Part shown: one piece after another, positions 1 through 8,950 of the stretch
How positions within the stretch are numbered: the stretch's first letter is position 1
Layout of the letters: every line of letters begins with the position of its first letter
Source of the DNA: Octopus sinensis
Lineage: Eukaryota
DNA: 64,000 nt
Reading direction: 5' to 3'
Assembly (NCBI RefSeq): GCF_006345805.1
Contig: NC_043012.1
Span: forward strand, 57,040,001 to 57,104,000
Translations under genes and position numbers: made by a program
The notes under the pieces: generated by a model
Seen by the model: the letters and a program-made list of their open reading frames with translations, nothing else
Told to the model about the DNA's origin: nothing
Database searches by the model: none

Positions 1-369
1 TCTCCCTATAAAGGACCTTTTCGTGTGCTTTCTCGCACACCAAAGGTTTTCACGATTGAGATAAATGATCGTTCGGAGACCGTTTCCGTGGACCGTTTAA
101 AAAAGGCACATTTTGAGACGTCTTCATCTTTTGATGACAACCTTGACACACCCACCTATGCACCTTTAACAACACTTTCACCTGCACAAACGCCTTCACC
201 TGCACAAACGCCTTCACCTGCACAAACGCCTTCACCTGCACAAACACCTTCACCGGCTCCTACAACACCACCCTCGCCGTCAACGGGTGCCCCGAGCACA
301 CCGTATGTTACAAAATCGGGCAGAACAGTGCATTGGCCCAAGAAACTTTCAAAAACAATTTACATTTAA
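1..369 (+). mobile_element. Ty3/gypsy LTR retrotransposon, C-terminal end of integrase ORF (5' part outside window)
   Basis: Frame +1 from base 1 reads SPYKGPFRVLSRTPKVFTIEINDRSETVSVDRLKKAH, a GPY/F-type integrase C-terminal motif. It is followed by 18-bp SPAQTP repeats and a stop at 367-369. Confidence 0.85.
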
Positions 370-494
370 CTTTAAAATGTTTCTTATTGTATAATAGTAT
401 GTACCAAGTCTTCTGGGGGATCGGCAAGCCTTCTGTTTTCTGCAGCACCACCACAATATTCTGGTTGCCGTACTTCGCACTCGGAGGGGAGCCC

Positions 495-912
495 TGTAGT
501 GATGCTACAGTGTAGGGTTCGGCGCGCATGCGCAGAATGGGACTACTTCCGGGTGGCCACCGGAAGTCTTCCCCATGCGCATGTGCGGGAAAACATCTCT
601 CGAGCCCGCGAACCTCAAATCGCTCTCTTCGGCTCAAGACAGCACTGCGATCGGTCACGGTTTTCCTGGCTCTGACAGCCACACACCAACTTCAACCAAC
701 TTCAACCAACCTCAACGACCAACACCAGCAGTATATCAGAGGCTGTCTATTCCCCCATCAGACAACGTACAACCATGAATCAATAAACCAAGTTGTCTGT
801 TCACCTTTAACCTGAGTTTCGTCTGTTTGTTTTCTACAAGAATTTTTGTATGTGACTAGAAAGGATCTCGACACCCTGCCAGTGCTTCGATGATAGATCC
901 TTTCACGTTACA
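495..912 (+). mobile_element. 3' LTR of the gypsy element
   Basis: Purine tract GGAGGGGAG at 483-491, then TGTAG at 495. The LTR ends GTTACA at 912, exactly where homology to the second duplicated block (17529) begins. Confidence 0.75.
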
Positions 913-3900
913 ACTTGTTTTAATTATTGGACATCTGCCATGTTGGGGCACTGTTTTCAGAGGTTTAGTTATCTTTTCGCTTTGACCGGCAGATTTTAAA
1001 AATAATTTCTTTGTAACTAAACACTTTTAAACTTCGTATACCGGTAGAATGTGTTTATAAAACATCTTTTTCTCTTGGCTTTCTTCAGAGAATTATGTAG
1101 TTTGTAAGCTATTTGTTGTTTAATTTCTTGCATTTCGGCAATTTCAACCAATCAATGACGTCTATTGAGGTGAATTTTTTTTTAACCCAGAAATACTGTA
1201 AATGTGTGTGTTTCTTTTGATGAAAGGGTGTTTTAAGAGAGATTTGCTATATTTGTAGTAGCTCAAGTTACCAGACACACACACACGTGTGTGTGTGTGT
1301 GTGTGTGTGTGTGCATGTGTGTTTTGTTGTGGGGAAAAAAATACTTTCCCTCGGAATATTTTGCACGATAATTTTTAAAGAAATCTGGTCATCTTTCTTA
1401 CTGCCAACCATCCCACTTCAGATTACAATTGTTAATTGTTGGAAGTCAAGTAGACTGAGATGCACATATACTGTTACCGTATAGAGTGGAAGTTCAATAC
1501 GAAGTCTTGAACTCATTATCCTGTGGTTAGTAACCCATTACCTTAAAGTTGAAACCATTAAGTCTTTAAACATTATTTTGTTTGGTTTTCTTTCGACTGT
1601 TGCCATGATGATGTATCGCCTTCAAAAATTTAATTGATCATACTGACCTCAATACGTATTTCAATCTGGCATTTATTTTATAGATCTCTGCTTGATGAAC
1701 TTCTAACTTGGAGACATAGTGGGACGAATGACTGTGTAGTTGAGAAGTTTGCTTCCCAACCATATGGTTCCATGTTCAGTCGCTTTGCATAGTAGCTTGG
1801 GCAAGTGTTTTCTACTATAGCCCCTAGATCAACCACAGATATCTGACTGAATTTGGTAAACGGAAACTGCAGGGTTGTTAATCACAAAATGACCGAAAAG
1901 CATGTTCATAAGGTAGAGTTGTTTGCTTCATGTTCCACGTGTGCTAATTCTGCCCGTAAGAAAGAAACAATGTGACTGTAGGTCATTACACCTGGGCAAC
2001 TATACACCTAAAACCACACTAATAGCTTAGGAGTGAAATTTAGGATTTCACAGTTTTCTGTGAATTGATTTTGATAAAACTTTTCCCAGCTGGTTTGCAC
2101 ACTATAGCAACACTATTGTTTTGTTTTCATTATTTTGCGTAACGTCCTTTCATTTTTTTTTATTTCAGATTCTTCAGTTTTTGGGTGTACCACACTAATA
2201 ACTTTTAAATGAAAATAGTCTATCTAGACATTTTTCCAGAAAGTGAAGGGGGATCTTTACCTTTTGACTGACAGATTTTAAAAATAATTTTTTGTAACTA
2301 AACACTTTCAAACTTCGTATACTGGTAGAATGTGTCACATAAAACATCTATTAATCTTGGCGTTGTTGAGAAAATTCTGTATTTTGGAAGTTACTTCTTG
2401 TTAAAGTTGTCGTATTTTGGTAATTTCAACCAATCAATGACGTGTATTCAGCTGAATAAAATTACTGCTGTTGTTTGTTAACTACAACTATTGGCGGTGT
2501 TTGTCACTGTTATTTTTGACATTGTTCATGCATTTGTACTGGTTTTAGCTTTAAGGTGTTAGGGTTAGGATTTTAGGGTTAAGGTTTTAGGGTTAGGGTT
2601 TTAGAGTTAGGTTTAAGGTTTTAGGGTTAGGGTTGGGGTTTTAGGGTTGGGGTTTTAGGGTTAGGGTTACGGAAAAAAATGAAAAATGAAGCACGAACAA
2701 TTATGGTGGTGCTATAAAGTAAACATGCTTCAGATACACTCGTTTATTCATACAAACGTAACTGAGATTAAATATGTCATAAATAAAACGACAAACGAAA
2801 TATACACTGCCGGAAGTTGTTGATAAGAAACAACAGCATTAATTTTATTCATCTGAATACACGTCATTGATTGGTTGAAATTACCGAAATATGACAACTT
2901 TAACAAGAAATAACTTCCAAAATTTGAGAATTTTCTGTGACACATTCTTACCAGTATACGAAGTTTGAAAGTGTTTAGTTACAAAAAATTATTTTTGTTA
3001 CAAAACTTTACAACCATGATATTTAGGGTTCAGTCCCACAAGACAATACCTTCAGCAAGTGTCTTCTATTATAGCCGAGAGCAGACCAATTCCTTGTGAG
3101 TGTGTTTGGTACACAGGAACAGGGTGGAGGCCCATTTTGTGTGTGTGTGTGAGTGTGTTTATTATACCTCCTCATAATTTAGCTGTTCTACCATAGAGAC
3201 TGATGGAATAACTACCCAATTTTAAAATAAATGAGTTTTGGGGTTGATGTGTTTAACTAAAAAATGCCTTTTAGGTTGTGACTTAGAATGGCTGCAGTCC
3301 AACGACCAAAATGAGTTGTGGATAAAAGACGGGATATGGTATACACATAGTTACATTAAAATTCCGATTCACAAAACGTGTACAGGGCCAGAAATGTGTG
3401 TAGAGTATGTAATTGATTTAATCAATTTTATTTCTTAATTGGCCATTCTTTTATGGACATCAAAAGCATAAAAAGCAAAGCCAAGATTGGTGACTATTGC
3501 ACCTACAGCTAAAAAAAGAAAAAAATCAAATAATTCAGTTCCATGCAGAGTTAAATGTTCAGTACTCAGTTTGAATGTCTTTAAACTTCATATATTCATA
3601 TTGCACACAGAAAATAACACAAGTTCAATAAATATAAGGATTATGGTTTTATATTTTATTATATTTTACAGCTGTATAGATATATAAAATATTTGTTTAT
3701 TGATCTGTTACAGGAATTAGCTGAGTAAAAGTAATGATATACAAGTTAAAATGTTAAGGTATTTTTCTCAGTTATACAGTAGTGAAAGTCTTAAAATATG
3801 AAATAAACAGAAATTGTTAGGCAACCATTTTGTTTTTTATGAAGTTTGTAGCTTTTTCTAGTAACTTCTCTGAATACAGTGGTTGTATATTCTGAGATTC

Positions 3901-6107
3901 CAGCCACACAATTGCTTTCTTTTCAATAAATTCCCATTCACAGTGCTGGGAAGCTAATTTTTCTCTTAGTACAGCAACAACAAGAGCTGTAGCCCATACT
4001 TTATCACTAACAGATGGATTCTCATCGTTCAGATCCTTAAGAGAAATATTGAGAGCTTGAGCCAATTGATCATCTAGATTCCAGAAACCAGAGAAAGCTT
4101 GTAGATCAACCAAACCTGTTAAAATGTCCTTAATTGTTCCCTTTGAAGAGGTTAAGTCTGAGTGAGGTGACTGTCTTGAATTCTCAGCATTTATACTTAA
4201 GGAATTATTTATGGAAGCATACATTCCAGCTATATCTTCTCTCGGACGTACTGGCTTTGGCATAGAGTGTTGTAAAACTCTGTTGTAAAACTTACGGAAC
4301 ATTCTTACTATTGCAGGAACATTCTTACTACGAGAACGCGTGGCTTTAAATGTAAATGCCATAGTGACTGTTTGAATAGCATCTGGAACATGTTCATCCA
4401 AACCAACAAAACTTGTGTACTTTGAAACTAAATTAGCCATTGTACCCAAATCGATAATCTCTGATTTTATTTCATCACCTTTACCCAAATCTTCATTTAA
4501 TTCCAATTCCTGTATTTTCCTTTTCACACAAAGACGGTGTATTGTCATTTCCTTATTATTCTGTCCCAACAACCTTGCTTCAAAATCAAGTGAAAAGTCT
4601 GATTCACCAATTTTACCACAAAGATTCAATTTCACATTTTTGCAACTAGTCTCAGCTTCATGCAAAACTAGATAAAGGATTAATTTTTCTTCACTGAAAA
4701 TACATGGCAGCCTTTCTGGAACTGAAATAAAGGATAATTCTTTATTGTTTTCACCATGTTTAGCAGAGAGACAAACCGAAGATACAAATGGTTGCATTGA
4801 CAATTTTAATAAACGCATAACTTTTGCCTTAAGGTTGTCGTTTGTCATCACAAACTCTGCTTGTCCCTTCCCTGCGCGGGCAATACCTTTGACCAATTCT
4901 GTAGAAGCTCCAGAACCAATACCAATTGTGAAGTATCGTGTGTTGTTTACTTGTGACTTGACCAATTGAATGACATCGTTTGTGCTGTAGACTTCACCAT
5001 CAGTTATTAAGAATACTTGTCGATGGAAATTTTGAAATGGTTTTTTGTCAGAGAGTGATTTCAGTGCACTAAGAATTTCTGTTCCTCCTGAAGCATATAG
5101 ATTTTTCTGGAATTTCAATGCTTCATTCAGAGAATCTTCACTATATTCTTGGCTTCCTTCTTTGAACAGAAATTCAAAATCATTATTGAAGCTGATAGCA
5201 TTAAATGAGCAACCCAAAGGTAAACTTTTTAAGAAAAGTAACAAGGTATCTTTTGCTGCTTCAATTTTCTCTCCACTCATGCTTCCTGAGCAATCAATAA
5301 CAAAAATATAGTCATTAGCGGCAGATTGTTTTACTTGCGGAAGTTCTGGAAACACATTTATCATCATAATATCTTTAGAAAACATTCCTTTAGAATTCTC
5401 ATCTCCTTTCTCTAAAATTACTTGTGGTTTTTCTACATCTTCATAGTACACTTGCAGAAGAAGGTCTTTCTCAAAATTGAATTCCTTTGCCATTCTCACA
5501 GTAGCATGACACTTGTTATCCTGATATTCCACCTTAACTGGATGTTCTGATTTGATGTCTTTGATTTGTGAATTCCAGTTGACGGAGGCATTGAAACTAA
5601 ACTCTTTTGGTTTAGGTGCATTTTGATAATTTTCATCTGCAGGTTTAAGACCATATCTGGGATTAAGCACAAATGGCATATGAAATTTCACTGCCCCATC
5701 AACTTCACAAGAAAGTTCAGAAACAAGGCATATTTGTAAATGGATCTTTTCATTTGCTGGAATATTACCTAAACTATACTCAAAAATATCACCAGATGTA
5801 CTTGTCTCTCGCAACAAAATGGCAGACTGACCTTTATCTACAGCTTCTTTGTATTCCTTTTTGGCAACATCTTTGTCTTTAGATTTGGCAACTAAATGGA
5901 CATCACCAATTTTAGCTTCGAATTTATATACGGCACTGTCTTCTTCCACAGGGAAAACAAACTTAGCTTCTGTTTTGTGTTGGCTTTCATTTATATATTC
6001 AGCCTCGATGTTGACGTGTGATGTAAATCCATTAATGGAAATTGTATGTGTGGCATAGAGAAGAGAAACCTTTGTTTTATTTTCACAGATGATTCCAAAT
6101 ACCATTA
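913..6107. repeat. Segmental duplication copy 1 (VWA5A block)
   Basis: Co-linear near-identity with 17529-23692, seen directly and in identical translated ORF pairs (e.g. 3238-3438 = 20847-21047). Confidence 0.95.
2263..2999. mobile_element. Fold-back/MITE-like element with ~250 bp inverted arms and internal TTAGGG-like tract; second copy ~19905-20608
   Basis: 2280-2340 (AAAATAATTTTTTGTAACTAAACACTTTCAAACTTCGTATACTGGTAGAATGTGTCACA) is the reverse complement of ~2937-2996. GGGTTA/GGGTTTTA repeats at ~2560-2668. Confidence 0.6.
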
Positions 6108-6117
6108 TACAATCCAT
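3817..6117 (-). CDS. VWA5A: von Willebrand factor A domain-containing protein 5A-like, copy 1 (~766 aa, single coding exon)
   Basis: Uninterrupted ORF with an N-terminal VIT domain (EAKFVFPVEEDSAVYKFEAKIG), a VWA domain with MIDAS DCSGS, GGTEIL and LITDGEV, and the C-terminal VDLQAFSGFW / WATALVVAVL / WEFIEKKAIVWL block typical of VWA5A. First ATG at 6117; acceptor-like TTTTTTTCTATACAG 16 nt upstream. Confidence 0.9.
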   Translation of the reverse strand: MDCIMVFGIICENKTKVSLLYATHTISINGFTSHVNIEAEYINESQHKTEAKFVFPVEEDSAVYKFEAKIGDVHLVAKSKDKDVAKKEYKEAVDKGQSAILLRETSTSGDIFEYSLGNIPANEKIHLQICLVSELSCEVDGAVKFHMPFVLNPRYGLKPADENYQNAPKPKEFSFNASVNWNSQIKDIKSEHPVKVEYQDNKCHATVRMAKEFNFEKDLLLQVYYEDVEKPQVILEKGDENSKGMFSKDIMMINVFPELPQVKQSAANDYIFVIDCSGSMSGEKIEAAKDTLLLFLKSLPLGCSFNAISFNNDFEFLFKEGSQEYSEDSLNEALKFQKNLYASGGTEILSALKSLSDKKPFQNFHRQVFLITDGEVYSTNDVIQLVKSQVNNTRYFTIGIGSGASTELVKGIARAGKGQAEFVMTNDNLKAKVMRLLKLSMQPFVSSVCLSAKHGENNKELSFISVPERLPCIFSEEKLILYLVLHEAETSCKNVKLNLCGKIGESDFSLDFEARLLGQNNKEMTIHRLCVKRKIQELELNEDLGKGDEIKSEIIDLGTMANLVSKYTSFVGLDEHVPDAIQTVTMAFTFKATRSRSKNVPAIVRMFRKFYNRVLQHSMPKPVRPREDIAGMYASINNSLSINAENSRQSPHSDLTSSKGTIKDILTGLVDLQAFSGFWNLDDQLAQALNISLKDLNDENPSVSDKVWATALVVAVLREKLASQHCEWEFIEKKAIVWLESQNIQPLYSEKLLEKATNFIKNKMVA

Positions 6118-6469
6118 ATTGTATTTAAAATACCTGTATAGAAAAAAAATAAACAAAAATTAATGCAAAAAACCCCCAAAAATGGAATTATTGAGGATCC
6201 TGATGATAATTACATGTAAAGATCAAAATAGGAAAAAAATTCATATATAAATATGGCATGTTAGTCATGATTGCCACTTGTAACATGTCACCTAGTACAG
6301 TCTGTACCATATCTGAACTGTCAACGACTAAACTGGCAAAAACACCAAGAGTGCTTGGTGGGTAGGATGCTATCTGGATGCATTGAAGGATGTAAAATCT
6401 GTCAAAGACCTGCCAAAGGTTTGGTGAAGTGAAGAGAGGCACAGGCCATTCAATTACATAAAATTTATA

Positions 6470-7110
6470 TACATTGATCCCTTGCTACTACGCAGTTCAA
6501 CTATCGCAGATTTTTAAAATATATATATATGAACACCTAAAATTTTTCATTTAATCCATTAAAATATTAATAATAAATATTATTTACTAGTCTAGGAACA
6601 ACAAAACAAGCATAAAATAGCAAAAAAGCATATACAGGGGTATTTGAACTTAAGACAGGCTGTGATTGGTGCAATGGAGAGAGATGACGAATTGCAGCTT
6701 CCTATTTTGTAATCTGGCCTGTGATTGGTGCTTTGTCTGACGCTCAGATCTGCAGCATCTTCCCTTTCGCGGCCATTTCGCTTCAGGCTTTCTCGCTTAG
6801 TGGTTTACTGTACTATTTTACGCTGTGCAGTGTGTAATTCTTTTTGTTTCTTTGTGTTGAATTTTGCATTTTCATCCCCTGCAATGGCTCCCAAGCGTGC
6901 TGCTTCTTCCAAGGCTCATACTGAGCCTAAATGCAAACGAAGAATGATGTCGATTGCTGAGAAGGTGAAACTTCTGGATATGTTGAAGGAAGGGAGAACT
7001 TTCGCTGCCATAGGCTGCCATTTTAGTGTGAACAGAACCACTGTTCACTACATCAAGAAGGACGAGGCTAACATTAGGAAAATGGCTGCCATCACCTTTA
7101 ATATGTCAGT
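6470..7110 (+). mobile_element. Tigger/pogo DNA transposon 5' fragment (CENP-B-type HTH), truncated
   Basis: ATG at 6884 gives MAPKRAASSKAHTEPKCKRRMMSIAEKVKLLDMLKEGRTFAAIGCHFSVNRTTVHYIKKDE (psq-type HTH). Tigger-like TIR sequence near 6471-6510. No DDE domain follows. Confidence 0.75.
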
Positions 7111-7276
7111 GAAGACATTTGACTTTGCTAACACTGAATATGGATTCCATAAGTTTTGTGATAAAACTCTTCCAACATATTCCTGTGTCTTACAACACTA
7201 CCCAACAAGTTGTACTTTTGGTCTTTAGTGTTTGTTCTATATTATCCCATGATGAAACTAAAATGGATTCATCTTA

Positions 7277-7890
7277 AGTTATAGATATCCTGTAACCGTT
7301 CTTTTCGTGGTGATATTTTCACACTAACAGTATGAGAGGTATCTGTAACATCTTGTATTAATGGTGGCCGTCTGCCTTTCGAACTGGAACATGATTGAGT
7401 ATGCTCTGTGTGGTCAGAGGTTCACCCTGAGAAGGACTAGAAGCAAAGACGAACTCTGTGGTCAGAGGTTCGCCCTGAGAAGGACTAAATACCTAAGATG
7501 AACTTTGTGTGGTCAGAGGTTAGTTCTGAAAAGAACTAAAACCAAAACGAACTCTGTGGTCAGAGGTTTAGCTCTGAAGAGAACTAAAAACCTAAGACGG
7601 ATATTTGTCTGAGAACACTTCTTTTATAAGGTTTATGTGGCTCAAAACTAACTTCAGAAATAGAAAGCTGTGATTGGCTGCTTGGAACAATGGCGCGAAA
7701 ATAAGCGGAGGCAAATCGCGTCACGTGACAACCAGCGGTGCGAACGTAGTAGAGACCACGTGTCAGCCAATCGAATTAGAGTTTACAACAATGTTAAACT
7801 AGCCGAAGATGTTTGTAATCTCGAACGAGATTATTCTTAATACTCTTCTCAAACAGTGAAGATAGCAATGAGTGTAACGATATCGCTACA
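7277..7890. mobile_element. LTR-like direct repeat, copy 1
   Basis: Nearly identical to 8548-8878 joined to 13463-13744. The core 7344-7890 has TGTAAC...GCTACA ends and four ~50-bp internal repeats (TGTGGTCAGAGG at 7409, 7457, 7508, 7555). Confidence 0.65.
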
Positions 7891-8950
7891 TATAACCTCT
7901 TGCCAGACGTTTTGTTGTAGACAAAACGGCGATAAAATTGATATTATTATATATATATTTTTTTGTTTTTCTTATAAAGTTCCTTCTTCAGCGTTCTCGT
8001 GTCAGTTCCGTAACTAATGGTTACCGTTGGCCGCGCAGGATATCAGAATGGCTGCGTATTAAAGGGGGTCACCAGTATAAGAAATAGTGACCAGAGGAAT
8101 AACAATGGAATTTGGTTCACAGTTCATGTTGTTGGTATCAGCCTAGCAACAGGTAGTAGCAGTAACAATCGCATATCTCTAAGTTGAGCAGCAGGTGGCC
8201 TAAGTTCTTAGAAGAACTAGAACTCAAGAACAGATAATTGATTTACCGTTTATGACGTACACGGAGTGTAAGCGTTCCATATCAAGATGTTGCGTGTCGT
8301 AGTTGAGATTAATTGAATCACTTGTTGTGTTTTAGCTTTCTCTTGATATGAATGTACTTTCAGATATATCAACTGTAGCCGTTTTTCCCGTGGTGATATT
8401 TTCACCTAACCGCTTTAGTTGAATCTGTAGTTGTCTTGTGTACAAATTAAACCTTAGTAGATAGAGACGATGTTTGGCGATGAGTTGTGTCTGTCGCTTG
8501 GTTTTTGCTGCGTCTTCATTATATATTCTGTTTGGTTATTTTTCTCTAGTTATAGATATCCTGTAACCGTTCTTTTCGTGGTGATATTTTCACACTAACA
8601 GTATGAGAGGTATCTGTAACATCTTGTATTAATGGTGGTCGCCTGCCTTTCGAACTGGAACATGGTCGAGTATGCTCTGTGTGGTTAGAGGTTCGCCCTG
8701 AGAAGGACTAGAACCAAAGACGAACTCTGTGGTCAGAGGTTCGCCCTGAGAAGGACTAAATACCTAAGATGAACTTTGTGTGGTCAGAGGTTAGTTCTGA
8801 AAAGAACTAAAACCAAAGACGAACTCTGTGGTCAGAGGTTTAGCTCTGAAAAGAACTAAAAACCTAAGACGGATATTTAAAATAATAATAATAATAATAA
8901 TTGTGTACAGTGCTCAGGTGCACTACAACTCATCTAAAGTGTATATATAA

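Noticed and set aside
2560-2668. TTAGGG tract as a chromosome end or fusion scar
   Set aside because: Short, degenerate, enclosed by inverted arms of a repeat and duplicated with the block.
4415-6058. Short plus-strand ORFs opposite VWA5A (and equivalents at 21733-23643)
   Set aside because: Antisense shadows of the real CDS with no recognisable domains.
6725-7228. 167-aa ORF as a host TIGD-type gene
   Set aside because: Similarity stops after the HTH, there is no DDE domain, and the frame runs into unrelated sequence; treated as a transposon fragment.
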